Source of the DNA: Nitrosopumilaceae archaeon
Lineage (GTDB): Archaea; Thermoproteota; Nitrososphaeria; Nitrososphaerales; Nitrosopumilaceae
DNA length: 64,000 nt
Assembly (NCBI GenBank): GCA_965207375.1
Contig: OZ242274.1
Span: forward strand, 1,024,001 to 1,088,000
Direction: 5' to 3'
Part shown: piece by piece, positions 51,379-62,025 of the stretch
Numbering within the stretch: the first letter of the stretch is position 1
How the letters are laid out: every line of letters begins with the position of its first letter
The notes under the pieces: generated by a model
What the model was told of the DNA's origin: nothing
Databases searched by the model: none
What the model saw: the letters and a program-made list of their open reading frames with translations, nothing else
Position numbers and translations under genes: made by a program

Positions 51379-52736
51379 GCATCACACCTGATCAAATAAA
51401 AAAGGAATTTATCCGAAACAAAATAGGAATTGCAGGAATCAGCATTTTGTCAGTTCTTATAGCAATGTCGGCTATAACTATAATTGTAATTCCGGGTGAG
51501 ACCTTTGAGCAGTGGAATAATCCTAGTAAATGGATATCGTATCCTAAAACTGCAATGCCTTCATGGGTAAATGCATTTCAAATAGAAAAAATTCCAGAAC
51601 ACAAAATCATTGACGCCTATGATTTGGGAGAGCAAAACACCGGCTCAATCTTTGTCAAAACAATACGGCACTCTGTTGATTTTGACTATGATCAGTTTCC
51701 AAATGATTTTATTTACAATCTCAACCTACAATATGTCTCTAGCCCACTGATAGAAATAGATGTAATAAGACCAGATGGCCAAAGTCTCAAGATAATACAA
51801 ACGTCGCTTCCACATACTGTAAATCATTCACAACATGATGAGAGAATATTTTCCACAGATTCGGCAATTAAAAAAAACATATTTTTACAATCTGACCAAT
51901 TTGAGTTTGATATAGGCAAGCTGCCATCAGAGGAGATTGTTTTTTCAAAAATAACAGATCATGCGGTTTTAAAGGGACATTATGTTTTTGTCATTACCAT
52001 ATACAACGATGCAGAGGTTACAGTGGATAAATCACAATTAATTTTGGGCGGCAAGACATTTGGACTAATGGGTACTGATGAGTTACGCCGGGATTTGGCA
52101 ATAGGACTGCTTTGGGGAACACCTTTGGCGCTGTTTATAGGAATTGCAGTATCTGTAGGCTCTGTAGTAATGGGATTAATTTACGGAGTTTATGCCGGAT
52201 TTAAGGGCAAAAAAACAGATGAAACTATGATGAGATTCAACGATGTCATATACGCGCTACCTGCACTGCCATTTTTGATAATTCTAGCAGTTACCATAAG
52301 TAACAGCATATTTGTCATGATTGGATTTTTGATGATATTTGGATGGGTTGGAATAGCCAAGGTTTCAAGAAGTATGGCACTACAGATTAAAACGCGAGGA
52401 TATGTGGATGCGGCAAAAATCATGGGTCAAAAAAACTCAAAAATCATCTTCAACCACATACTGCCACAACTGCTCCCATATGCGTTTGCAAGTATCGCAA
52501 TTTCTGTTCCTGCAGCAATTACTACAGAGGCAGGTTTGAGCTTTTTGGGTTTGGGAGACCCGTCATTTCCAACCTGGGGCCAAATATTACACGATGCAAG
52601 CACATACGGAGCTGCCTCCCAAGGACTGTGGTGGTGGATAATGCCTCCTGGCATAATGATTGCAATTACGGGCCTAGCATTTGTATTTATAGGAAATGCC
52701 TTAGATACGGTTGCAAATCCCAGACTCAGGCGATAA
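51375..52736 (+). CDS. Peptide ABC transporter permease (OppC/DppC)
   Basis: GTDELRRD, HILPQ, EAGLSFLGLG. Confidence 0.93.
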   Translation: MSITPDQIKKEFIRNKIGIAGISILSVLIAMSAITIIVIPGETFEQWNNPSKWISYPKTAMPSWVNAFQIEKIPEHKIIDAYDLGEQNTGSIFVKTIRHSVDFDYDQFPNDFIYNLNLQYVSSPLIEIDVIRPDGQSLKIIQTSLPHTVNHSQHDERIFSTDSAIKKNIFLQSDQFEFDIGKLPSEEIVFSKITDHAVLKGHYVFVITIYNDAEVTVDKSQLILGGKTFGLMGTDELRRDLAIGLLWGTPLALFIGIAVSVGSVVMGLIYGVYAGFKGKKTDETMMRFNDVIYALPALPFLIILAVTISNSIFVMIGFLMIFGWVGIAKVSRSMALQIKTRGYVDAAKIMGQKNSKIIFNHILPQLLPYAFASIAISVPAAITTEAGLSFLGLGDPSFPTWGQILHDASTYGAASQGLWWWIMPPGIMIAITGLAFVFIGNALDTVANPRLRR

Positions 52737-52737
52737 C

Positions 52738-53052
52738 TTAGAGACTAAAATCACGCAATATCTGTATTGTAGAATCGGTTAGTTTGATGGTATATGTGGC
52801 AGCATTGGGATCTTGATCCTTTATCTGTGCTAAAACTTCAACAAAATCTGTCTTTTCCTGTTCTACTGCACCTGCCTCATGAGCACACAGAGTAAACGCC
52901 TTGAGGTTTAGGTTATTTTTTAGCAAGTATGAAATGAATTTTTTGTAATTATCTGGACTGTTCCAATCAATTTCATTATCCTCGCATATTGCTATCCATA
53001 CATCTATGCTATTTTGAAATATGACCCTTTTACGTAAGGCTTCTAAAGACAT
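52738..53052 (-). CDS. Hypothetical protein
   Basis: 104-aa ORF. Confidence 0.7.
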   Translation of the reverse strand: MSLEALRKRVIFQNSIDVWIAICEDNEIDWNSPDNYKKFISYLLKNNLNLKAFTLCAHEAGAVEQEKTDFVEVLAQIKDQDPNAATYTIKLTDSTIQILRDFSL

Positions 53053-53054
53053 GA

Positions 53055-53375
53055 TTAAAAGTCTGCACGCTGCATTTTAGAACCGCAGCGTGGACATGAA
53101 CCGCCCTTGTGCTTCCAATTGCATGAAAGGCAGACATATTTTATAGAATTTCCTCCACCTTGACCCATGCCAAAGAATCCTCCTCCAGAGCCAGAATCCG
53201 AACCTCCATAACCTCTCATTCTACTCATGTAACGTCTTCTCAAGAAAAGGGGAAACATGATAAAGATGGCCAAGGCAGCTCCTAGTCCATATGGAAACGG
53301 AAGTATCATTTGTAATCCAATGCTGACGGCAAGTGATGCGCCCAGAAAAATCAGATAATTTTTGTAATTAATCAA
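53055..53375 (-). CDS. Two-TM protein with Gly linker and C-terminal zinc ribbon
   Basis: CLSC...CPRCGS. Confidence 0.78.
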   Translation of the reverse strand: MINYKNYLIFLGASLAVSIGLQMILPFPYGLGAALAIFIMFPLFLRRRYMSRMRGYGGSDSGSGGGFFGMGQGGGNSIKYVCLSCNWKHKGGSCPRCGSKMQRADF

Positions 53376-53602
53376 AGCAATTTATTTTACTGTAAAAACC
53401 TTATAAAGCTTGTTGATTTTTTTGCATTCGCCTTTGCTAATTCCCAATAACAATTTACTGCTCAAGAATGTAGCAGAATGTGTTTATGCCGAGTCGTTTT
53501 TATCAAATGCCTGTTGTATAAAATCTTTTGATATATTATACTGGTTTTGTAATGATTCAGTCGTACTATTACAGGCGTAACTTTTACCAAACTAGTCTCA
53601 AA

Positions 53603-54007
53603 TCAACTATCTACAAAAATTACCGGAATTGAATCACCGTTACTATCCCATGCAAAAATATCCTCATTTTCATAAGGGGATTTTACTATAACTGAGACTA
53701 GCCCATAGAAATTGTGCAGGTCTGTAACTGATGGTTCAGCAGAACCTTGAGGGTGGGAATGAATCGTGCCTACATAACTGCTATCAAAAGGCAAAAACGA
53801 GTTTGGAAATCCTGCAAACGTTGTTCCTGTTTCTGCAAATGGGGGAATGACTAAATTCTCAACTAGTATGTTGCCATTTTTTGATTTTCCCTTGAGAATT
53901 AAAATTGCTTCATTTGGGTGATTCATTTTGCAATATGATAGTATCCCGTCACGAGTTTTAGGAAGAAACGACACCTTGCGTTCAAATTTTTTTGATTTAA
54001 AAATCAT
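53603..54007 (-). CDS. JAMM/MPN+ metalloprotease
   Basis: PNE...HSHP..SAEPSVTD. Confidence 0.9.
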   Translation of the reverse strand: MIFKSKKFERKVSFLPKTRDGILSYCKMNHPNEAILILKGKSKNGNILVENLVIPPFAETGTTFAGFPNSFLPFDSSYVGTIHSHPQGSAEPSVTDLHNFYGLVSVIVKSPYENEDIFAWDSNGDSIPVIFVDS

Positions 54008-54032
54008 AATATTGGCATATGATTATACAATA

Positions 54033-55307
54033 TTACTCTTTTAGGACATAGCGGACGGTGCCTGTATTGTTAAGGGCAGACTCTATATCTGAAATGTATC
54101 CAGATCTGTTTGAGGACAATGCATCTATTTCATTTTGCAGTTCGACAATTCTAGATTTGGAGAATTTTATGTCATCTTTTGCTTTAGCATGATATTTTTC
54201 ATAATTTTCCAATGCAGACATGTCTAGTTGAGCAAGTTGTTCTTTGAGAGTATTTTGTTTGGTTAGAAACGACTCAATTGAGGCAACAAAGCCGTCAAGT
54301 TTTGAGATTATATCATCAATGTATCCGATAGTTTTTTCTGGTTCTTTAACTGACATGTGTCCTAAAGAAATTGCCTTTTTTACATTTTCAAGAATTGTAA
54401 CTAGTTCGGATTTATTTTGGGATAAAAATACGTCAAACGGCGAGGAAAGGAATTTTTCAACTAGAATTTTTTGTTCCTTGTCTAGCGCGGAGCCGTACTC
54501 ATACTTGGATATTGGCCTTGAAATCAAGATGGTTTGGTTGTTTATGTCGTGTTCGATATCTGATTTTTTTGACTCTAACATGTCAAGCTCATTTTGAATA
54601 CCTTGGAATTTTTTGTAATTGTCAGATTCCTTGAACCGTACAATTTGTTTCTCAAGTGATGATGCCTCTTGGGATAATTTTTCAATGTTTTGGTTTGTAG
54701 ATGATATTTTTCCAGTCTTGCTTTGAATTGTGTCTTTTTCCTTTTCAAGTTTGGACAGCAAAAGTGTGATTTTTGCATAGTTTTCTTCAAATGTGGCATA
54801 TCTATTTAACAATCGTTTTAGATGTGAATCATCTTCTGCGTATTTTGCCAAAATGTCTTTTAGTTTTCCTGCATATTTTTTTGCAAAAATGTGGATTACG
54901 TTGGTCTGCTTGCCAAGTATGTCTCCTATTTTCGTCAAGGTCTGCGAAGATTGACGATGAAATACCTTTACATCCTCTACCGAATTTAGTTCTGGAAAAC
55001 TCCGTTCAGATTCTTTGTGTATTGTTGCTAGCACCTGTTTTTTTCCACGTTTCACAATTGTTGCAATATTGACATCAATGTCGTCAGTTTTTAGCGGATC
55101 TTTTTCTAACTGTATTGCAATTTTAAGAAGATCTGCAATATGATGAGTTATGGGCGGCCACAGCTTTTTTGCCTGTATAATCAACTGCTCTGACTGTTCC
55201 TTTTTAATAGAATCTGTTATGCTCCGAACCTCGGTTAGGCCTAGTTCTGTAAAAGTAACCTCCTCAACCCCTTTGATCTCTTTTTTCTTACCCCATCCAA
55301 AGACCAT
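54033..55307 (-). CDS. Coiled-coil hypothetical protein
   Basis: 424 aa with heptad-rich segments. Confidence 0.8.
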   Translation of the reverse strand: MVFGWGKKKEIKGVEEVTFTELGLTEVRSITDSIKKEQSEQLIIQAKKLWPPITHHIADLLKIAIQLEKDPLKTDDIDVNIATIVKRGKKQVLATIHKESERSFPELNSVEDVKVFHRQSSQTLTKIGDILGKQTNVIHIFAKKYAGKLKDILAKYAEDDSHLKRLLNRYATFEENYAKITLLLSKLEKEKDTIQSKTGKISSTNQNIEKLSQEASSLEKQIVRFKESDNYKKFQGIQNELDMLESKKSDIEHDINNQTILISRPISKYEYGSALDKEQKILVEKFLSSPFDVFLSQNKSELVTILENVKKAISLGHMSVKEPEKTIGYIDDIISKLDGFVASIESFLTKQNTLKEQLAQLDMSALENYEKYHAKAKDDIKFSKSRIVELQNEIDALSSNRSGYISDIESALNNTGTVRYVLKE

Positions 55308-55385
55308 TTTCTTGATTATGGTTATAGGGGATTAAATGTGTTAGACATCTGTAAAATTTAATACTTGTAAAATACCAAAAAATCT

Positions 55386-55835
55386 ATGAGAAAATCATTT
55401 TATTCTGGATCGGTAAAAAAATCCATCATAGTCAATGTCAGCAGAGAAAAGGTTTGGAAAAACATGAGCAATATTGTAGGATTGCCAAAATGGGCAGCCA
55501 ATGTCAAAAGTTGTAGATTTTGTACAACGGCAAAACATGGAGTAGGGGCAGTACGCCAGCTTACCTTTGTTGATGGAAACAAGATAGAGGAGCACATCAT
55601 ATCGTGGAACAACGGAGAATCTTTTTCATACGTTGCAGTCTCTGGCCTGCCATTGCGAGCATATGTTGCAACAATAACTCTAGATGTGCAAAAAAAGAAT
55701 CAGACGATAATTACCTGGCAGTCATATCTTAACAGTAAAAAAATGACACAAAAAGAGTTTGCAGAATTTTTGGCATTTATGGGCGTCTTTTATCAGATCT
55801 CTTTGGAAAACCTCAAAGCGCTGCTAGAAAAATAA
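55386..55835 (+). CDS. SRPBCC (polyketide cyclase-like) family protein
   Basis: EKVW..., GVGAVRQL, IEEHI. Confidence 0.85.
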   Translation: MRKSFYSGSVKKSIIVNVSREKVWKNMSNIVGLPKWAANVKSCRFCTTAKHGVGAVRQLTFVDGNKIEEHIISWNNGESFSYVAVSGLPLRAYVATITLDVQKKNQTIITWQSYLNSKKMTQKEFAEFLAFMGVFYQISLENLKALLEK

Positions 55836-55873
55836 CTCTTAAAATGTAAATACTGTAATTTATACATCAAGGT

Positions 55874-56212
55874 ATGAGTGACATGCGATTTACATTAATT
55901 GGTGTAGGTTTGATTTTTGTAGGATTTGTATCATTGGGAGTATTTGGTCCTGCATTTGTCACTGTTACCATAGAATCACAACAATTTGGAGACTGTTATG
56001 AATATTTTGAGGACAGACCCCCTGTTAAGACAAGCTGTGATTCTGAACTATTTGACAAGGTCTTATTTTTTGGGCTAGTAATAGGACTAGTTGCATCAGG
56101 TATAGTCTCTTTGATAAAGGGAGTAAAAGGAGGATGGGATCAACAAGTAAATCCACAAGACATGGTGGGACCGGGCAAGACTGACAATGACAGTACAGAA
56201 TCTGAGAAATGA
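55874..56212 (+). CDS. Two-TM hypothetical protein
   Basis: Two hydrophobic segments. Confidence 0.75.
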   Translation: MSDMRFTLIGVGLIFVGFVSLGVFGPAFVTVTIESQQFGDCYEYFEDRPPVKTSCDSELFDKVLFFGLVIGLVASGIVSLIKGVKGGWDQQVNPQDMVGPGKTDNDSTESEK

Positions 56213-56213
56213 C

Positions 56214-56297
56214 CTACTTTGATTTTTTTATGATTCTTTTAAACTCTTCAGGATCGTCTTGCTCAAGTCGTTGAATGTATACTTCTTCGTAAGGCAT
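56214..56297 (-). CDS. Candidate 27-aa microprotein
   Basis: MPYEEVYIQRLEQDDPEEFKRIIKKSK*; TTAAATA about 25 nt upstream. Confidence 0.45.
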   Translation of the reverse strand: MPYEEVYIQRLEQDDPEEFKRIIKKSK

Positions 56298-56437
56298 AGC
56301 AGTGTTTGCTTACAAAATTGATATTTAAGATAAAGTATCGTTTACAGATTTTGCAAAATTGACTCTTTTTTGCCTAAAACTCGTGTGATTTTACAATCTC
56401 AGTCTATGTAGTAAATTTATCTGTGATTTTAGTTATT

Positions 56438-56671
56438 TTAGACATCTTTTTTGACCAAAGTAACAGTAGAGCGTATTTTTTTTAATTTTTGAATTTCCCA
56501 CGCAATAATGCCTCGCAAATGCTCTAGATGATCCCCTTCTACTTTTACCATAATGTCATGTGCACCAAAGGTTCCAAATACATCTTTGACCTGTTCTATT
56601 GCTTTGATTTGCTCAATTAAATCAGCCTCTGCACCTAATTCACAATTAATCAAAACGTAACCAATAGTCAT
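56438..56671 (-). CDS. Lrp/AsnC ligand-binding domain protein
   Basis: GYVLINC, FGAHDIMVKV, IRSTVTL. Confidence 0.9.
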   Translation of the reverse strand: MTIGYVLINCELGAEADLIEQIKAIEQVKDVFGTFGAHDIMVKVEGDHLEHLRGIIAWEIQKLKKIRSTVTLVKKDV

Positions 56672-56765
56672 GTTACATTATGACAAAAATTATGGTATTT
56701 CAAAGTTAGGATAAAACATTAGGCTATCCTAAAACGGTTAAATCAAACTATACAATATTGCAATT

Positions 56766-57404
56766 ATGGATAACAAAGATGAACGAATTTATCCACTAGG
56801 ATACGAACCGCAGCAATCTGTAAAAAAAGAGGATCCAAACATCCGAAATCAATTATTGGATGTAATTTTCAAATCGGTGCCAAGCGAGTTTGTTGATACG
56901 GATATCTTTGCAGTGATGGCAAAGCGTCGCTCCACGCGAAAGTTCAAAGATGATCCCGTTGAGGCATCAAAGGTAGATAAAATTATTGCCGCAGCAGATA
57001 CGGCTCCTACTGCTGGCAACTTTCAGGGATTTGAGATTTTTTATGTCAGGGATCCTAAAAAGAAGGAAGCCTTAATTGAGGCCTGCAACAATCAAAAGTA
57101 CGTAAATGCTCCAATAGTTTTGGTATTTTGTAAAAATCCAAAAAGGGTAAAATTCAAATTTCCAGATGACATTCTCAAGAAATTTGCAATTCAAGATGCA
57201 ACTTTGGCTGCAGGATATTCTCAACTAGCAGCACAGGCGTTAGGCCTGAGTTCTATATGGATTGGGATGTTAGATGAGAAAAAGGTGATGAATATTATTG
57301 GAACTAATTTGATACCATCATCAATTTTGTGTATCGGCTATCCAGAAAAACAAAAGTATCCAAAACCTCGAAGAAATCTCAAAGATTTGGTGCATGTGTC
57401 ATAG
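56766..57404 (+). CDS. Nitroreductase family protein
   Basis: KRRSTRKF, APTAGNFQ, ALGLSSIWIG. Confidence 0.92.
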   Translation: MDNKDERIYPLGYEPQQSVKKEDPNIRNQLLDVIFKSVPSEFVDTDIFAVMAKRRSTRKFKDDPVEASKVDKIIAAADTAPTAGNFQGFEIFYVRDPKKKEALIEACNNQKYVNAPIVLVFCKNPKRVKFKFPDDILKKFAIQDATLAAGYSQLAAQALGLSSIWIGMLDEKKVMNIIGTNLIPSSILCIGYPEKQKYPKPRRNLKDLVHVS

Positions 57405-57427
57405 GTATGGTATTTTAAGCCAAACAA

Positions 57428-57790
57428 TTGAGCAAAAATATGACAGAATTAAAGTTGCAAGGTTCAGGCGGATATGTGATGGCAGATCTGACTGAGCAAC
57501 AGGCAAAAAAAGCAGATTTGGGCGTGGGAAAATTATTTCTTGCACCAATAGGCAAACTTGAACCAGACAAAATGTTCAAGCATTATTGCAACATCTGCGA
57601 AAAGGAATTTCCAAATCCTCCACGGATTCGCATTGAAGAAAGCACCAATGAAACAGTTGCAGACAATCTGGTACTAGTTGAAAGAGGTCAGTACACGTGT
57701 GAATCCTGTGATGGTATAATTGGAGAATACAGGGTATTTCAAAAACAAGACGAATCAGCAGATGCAGGTCAAGCAAAACCTGGCAATTAG
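57428..57790 (+). CDS. Hypothetical zinc-binding protein
   Basis: CNIC...CESC. Confidence 0.75.
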   Translation: MSKNMTELKLQGSGGYVMADLTEQQAKKADLGVGKLFLAPIGKLEPDKMFKHYCNICEKEFPNPPRIRIEESTNETVADNLVLVERGQYTCESCDGIIGEYRVFQKQDESADAGQAKPGN

Positions 57791-57851
57791 ACCTAGTGCT
57801 ATTTTGAGTGCAGATAATGACACTTTTTTTTGGCAATTATCGTAATATCTA

Positions 57852-57933
57852 CGCCAGGTAAGGGATTTGAACCCCTGCACGCTTGCGCGTAGCCGTTTTC
57901 GAGACGGCCGCCTTACCGCTTGGCTAACCTGGC
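57852..57933 (-). tRNA. tRNA-Ser(CGA)
   Basis: GCCAGGT acceptor stem, GCCGT-CT-CGA-AA-ACGGC anticodon arm, long variable arm, GGTTCAAATCC. Confidence 0.97.
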
Positions 57934-58009
57934 AATGAGAATATCAAACAGTCCTTAATATAGAAAATGACCACAAGTAAAATACGGGAACAATGAGAGG
58001 TTAATCAAA

Positions 58010-59032
58010 TTGGGATTAGATCTAAAACCACTAGTAATCAGAGACAAAACCAAACTAGAATCATTTACAACAAAGATAGTTGCAATTGATGCATACAATG
58101 CAATCTATCAATTCCTATCTATAATAAGAGGACCTGATGGTATGCATCTATCTGATTCAAAGGGGCGGGTTACAAGTCACCTTAGTGGACTGTTGTACCG
58201 AAACATTAATTTTTTATCATTGGGAATAAAGCCTGTTTATGTCTTTGATGGCAAGTCACCGTCGTTAAAATCTGCAGAAATTGAAAGAAGGCGCCAAATC
58301 AAAAAAGATGCTACAGTAAAATATGAAAAGGCAATTGCCCAAGGAAATATGGATGATGCAAGAAAATATGCACAGCAGACTACTGCAATGAAGGATGGAA
58401 TGGTACAAGATTCAAAAAAACTATTAAGCTTTTTTGGAATACCATACATTGATGCACCCTCAGAAGGTGAAGCTACTGCAGCACATCTGACAAATACGGG
58501 ACATGCATTTGCATCTGCTAGCCAAGATTTTGATTCGATTTTGTTTGGTGCCAAAAGATTGGTTAGAAATTTTACAAACAGTGGAAAACGAAAAATTCCA
58601 AACAGAAACTCGTATGTAGAAGTTGAGCCAGAAATTATTGAAACTCAAAAGTGTCTAGATGCATTAAAACTTACTCGGCAAGAATTAGTCGATGTGGGCA
58701 TACTGATTGGAACTGATTTTAATCCTGATGGATTTGAACGCATAGGACCAAAAACTGCACTTAAACTGATAAGAGAACACAAAAGATTAGAGGATATTTC
58801 ATCAATTCAGGAAAAATTATCCGAAATTGATTATGAGCAAATTAGGAAAATATTCCTAGAACCCGAAATTGGAGATCTCAAAGAGATCACATTTGGGGAG
58901 ATAGATTATGAAGGAATTGCAGATTATTTGGTAAAGCAAAGAGAGTTTTCTGCAGATAGGATATCTTCATCCTTGAACAGATTAAAAAAAGCACTGGAAA
59001 AAAAGAGTCAAACCTTAGAACAGTGGTTTTGA
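58010..59032 (+). CDS. fen1: Flap endonuclease 1
   Basis: [27 protein letters not shown] box QTLEQWF. Confidence 0.97.
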   Translation: MGLDLKPLVIRDKTKLESFTTKIVAIDAYNAIYQFLSIIRGPDGMHLSDSKGRVTSHLSGLLYRNINFLSLGIKPVYVFDGKSPSLKSAEIERRRQIKKDATVKYEKAIAQGNMDDARKYAQQTTAMKDGMVQDSKKLLSFFGIPYIDAPSEGEATAAHLTNTGHAFASASQDFDSILFGAKRLVRNFTNSGKRKIPNRNSYVEVEPEIIETQKCLDALKLTRQELVDVGILIGTDFNPDGFERIGPKTALKLIREHKRLEDISSIQEKLSEIDYEQIRKIFLEPEIGDLKEITFGEIDYEGIADYLVKQREFSADRISSSLNRLKKALEKKSQTLEQWF

Positions 59033-59221
59033 TAAAAATGTGTATTTTTCTCTAATAGTTTTCTTACTCTCTTTTTTTAAACTGCTGTCTGCCTTTTCTT
59101 AACGAAATTTGCAATTAAATCAGGACATCAATTCAGAGTTTGCATGGTTTATCAAATATCTGCTAATCCGATACATTTTACTTTAGATTGGTTTTTTTAC
59201 AGAGACTATACCAAACATATT

Positions 59222-60838
59222 ATGATGGGTGCAATTCTTGCGGTTTTCCTTGTGCTCCTTGTCCCGCTTTTTCTAATTCCTGCTACAGCACAAGATGTCC
59301 TTATAGCAAGTGTAGAATCTAATCCTGAAGGTACCGATGCAGGATACGAGTGGATCACACTGTTTAATTCAGGTGAAAAATATATCGATCTGTCAGGATG
59401 GCGTGTTGTTACTGAAGACGGTGATGATTATTTATTACATCAGAGAATTCCTGCATGTGACAGTCTCACGGTTATTTTTCCAACACAATTTATTGACAAC
59501 AAAGATGCGATACTTGAACTCTTTGATGCTAGTGGTACCAAAATAGATGTCACCCCATCTATATCTGACACTAAAAATGATGATTCCATTTGGAGTGTTT
59601 CTACACCGCAATGCGGCAATGAGATTTCATATCTTGCTCCAAAACCTGTTTTGCCACAGTCCTCTGCTATACCCGGAGACATACTTGAAGTCACATTTGT
59701 GGATCTGGGCCGTGCAGGCGAATCCATATTGCTTATAGCGCCTGGAGATACTGCCATGCTTATAGACGGTGGTCTTGCAAGCTCTCATGACCGGTTAATG
59801 CGTATCCTAAATGATAACCATGTAGATTCTATAGATATCATGGTAGCCACACATGCAGACCAGGATCATATAAGCGGTCTTACATCTGTAATACAAAATC
59901 CAAACGTCGATGTAAAACGCGTACTGTTATCACATGTAGGTGCCACCACCAAGACCTATGAAAAATTTCAAAGCTCCATTGTTTCCTTACAAATCCCATC
60001 TGAAATCGTTTATGCAGGCCATACCATAAAACTGACAGATTCGCTTACGGCACGGGTAATATCGCCTCCATCTCAGGGGATATCTGACAGCTCAAGCCTG
60101 CGAAACACTAACTCGCTTATAATCCATATAGAATATGGTGCAGTCTCATTTCTTTTTACTGGAGATGCAACTGCAAAGACAGAACAATGGATTGTACGTA
60201 ATGTATCTGGACTTGACATTGATATAATGAGCGGTCCACATCATGGTTCGCGCCATTCTAGTACTGTGTCCTTTATTGATCATGTAACCCCGCAGCTTGT
60301 TGTATTTTCTGCTGATGTTGACAACAGATATGGACATCCACACCCTGACGTCATATCAAAATACGATAACAGAAGAATTGTCAACTATCAGACAGGTACA
60401 GACGGCTCAGTTGAGATAAGAACCAACGGTGTCGAATGTTCGCTAATATTGATTGGTGAAAAACCAATACCATGTTATGATGGGATCGCAACAGTTGGCT
60501 CTTCTGACATGACACCTGAAAATGCCAAGATACCATCAACTCCCAAAACCACACAGACCTTCAGTATTCCCAAATGGATCAAAGAAACTGCCCAACTGTG
60601 GCACCAAGGTCACATTACTGATCAACAGTTCATAGATGGAATTCAGTATTTGATACAACACAAGGTAATAATTGTCCAGTTACCTCAAGACAATACTTTT
60701 ACATCATCAGATAAGATCCCAGAATGGATCAAGACCAATGCCAAATTGTGGACAGACGGACATATCTCTGATGAGGTATTTATGCGCGGCATTGAGTTTC
60801 TCATAAAACACGGAATAATTCAAGTTACTTTTGCATGA
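59222..60838 (+). CDS. Secreted lamin-tail domain plus ComEC-like metallo-beta-lactamase nuclease with C-terminal IPxWIK repeats
   Basis: EWITLFN..IDLSGW; THADQDHISG; FTGD; HHGS; YGHPH; start approximate. Confidence 0.88.
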   Translation: MMGAILAVFLVLLVPLFLIPATAQDVLIASVESNPEGTDAGYEWITLFNSGEKYIDLSGWRVVTEDGDDYLLHQRIPACDSLTVIFPTQFIDNKDAILELFDASGTKIDVTPSISDTKNDDSIWSVSTPQCGNEISYLAPKPVLPQSSAIPGDILEVTFVDLGRAGESILLIAPGDTAMLIDGGLASSHDRLMRILNDNHVDSIDIMVATHADQDHISGLTSVIQNPNVDVKRVLLSHVGATTKTYEKFQSSIVSLQIPSEIVYAGHTIKLTDSLTARVISPPSQGISDSSSLRNTNSLIIHIEYGAVSFLFTGDATAKTEQWIVRNVSGLDIDIMSGPHHGSRHSSTVSFIDHVTPQLVVFSADVDNRYGHPHPDVISKYDNRRIVNYQTGTDGSVEIRTNGVECSLILIGEKPIPCYDGIATVGSSDMTPENAKIPSTPKTTQTFSIPKWIKETAQLWHQGHITDQQFIDGIQYLIQHKVIIVQLPQDNTFTSSDKIPEWIKTNAKLWTDGHISDEVFMRGIEFLIKHGIIQVTFA

Positions 60839-61050
60839 TGGCATGTGAGATAATTTGACAGATGTGTCTTTTGAGATAATTGAAATGACATGTACATTTA
60901 TTACAGTTTTTTTATGCTAGATTATTGCGTTTTAACTGCACACTATTCAATTTTGATGAGGAAAAACTGTGTAATGTGCCTGTAAGATAAACTATTGACT
61001 TGCAAATTAAGATGAATAGGTTATATAATGTCATGACTTAAAATCACAAA

Positions 61051-61437
61051 TTGAGCTCTTTTTCGGTATCAAAATCTAGGCTGGTTTTGGAAATTAAAGG
61101 AAAATCAAGAATCCAAATAGAACTAAAACGTCATTTGGCACCAAAGACTGTGGGGATTTTACTGCGTTGTCTTCCATTAGATGGCAATGCCCACTTTTTA
61201 GGAAAAGGTATCATTTACTTTGAATCTGCAATTGATTCTGGAATTGAGCGGGCCCGTTCTGATTTTAAAAAGGGAGATATTGCGTTTTCTCCTGCACAGG
61301 CAAGCCTGTGCTTTTTTACACATGATGTGTCATTGGGAAAAAAACTATCACTTATCGGCAAGATAACCTCTAATGTTGATGAGCTAAACTGTGTAAAATC
61401 TGGAGATGTGCTAAGTCTTTATCAGGAAACAGGTTGA
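61051..61437 (+). CDS. Cyclophilin-like fold protein
   Basis: APKTV, KGDIAF. Confidence 0.75.
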   Translation: MSSFSVSKSRLVLEIKGKSRIQIELKRHLAPKTVGILLRCLPLDGNAHFLGKGIIYFESAIDSGIERARSDFKKGDIAFSPAQASLCFFTHDVSLGKKLSLIGKITSNVDELNCVKSGDVLSLYQETG

Positions 61438-61724
61438 TATATGCGATGTCCGCTATTTCCGCCAACAATTTTTACTAGGCCACTTTTTGTTGCCTGTTTA
61501 AGAAATGCATTTGCTGCAGAAATTTTAACCCCTGTCTGTCTTGCAAGCTCTTGAACCGTAATGACTTTGGAATTTTTTAAGATTTTAGCTGCCTGCTCCT
61601 CTTTGAGAATCACGGTAATCTCTGCTTTAGGCGATCCGCCCCCTTCACCCTTGTCTTTTTTGCCTTTTGATTTTGCTTTGTTAGGTTTGTCCTTTGATGC
61701 TGCGGGTTTGTTTTTTGCTACCAC
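61422..61724 (-). CDS. rps25e: 30S ribosomal protein S25e
   Basis: Lys-rich N-terminus, KVITVQELARQTGVKISAA, RIY. Confidence 0.85.
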   Translation of the reverse strand: MVAKNKPAASKDKPNKAKSKGKKDKGEGGGSPKAEITVILKEEQAAKILKNSKVITVQELARQTGVKISAANAFLKQATKSGLVKIVGGNSGHRIYQPVS

Positions 61725-61812
61725 GTCCTGTTTGAAAATCCGTCCCGTTATAAACTATAAGAACAAATCCATGTTTTTTCAAACATAAATAATATCTATA
61801 TGATGACAAATT

Positions 61813-62025
61813 ATGGGAATCGTATCAAAGGGTGCCAAATGCAATGTTGAAGGCTGTGACGATGATGGTGCTCGTTCATTAAATACTGCCAAGGTAGAAG
61901 CCGCTAATTTGAGAGTAAATTCTACTGGCAAGAAGACTGTCTTGTGTAAGATTCATTACAAAGAATACAAAAAAGAATCCAAAGAAGATCGTGAACTTGA
62001 ACGTGCACGATTTGATAAATTCTAA
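61813..62025 (+). CDS. Small hypothetical zinc-binding protein
   Basis: CNVEGC...LCKIH. Confidence 0.8.
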   Translation: MGIVSKGAKCNVEGCDDDGARSLNTAKVEAANLRVNSTGKKTVLCKIHYKEYKKESKEDRELERARFDKF

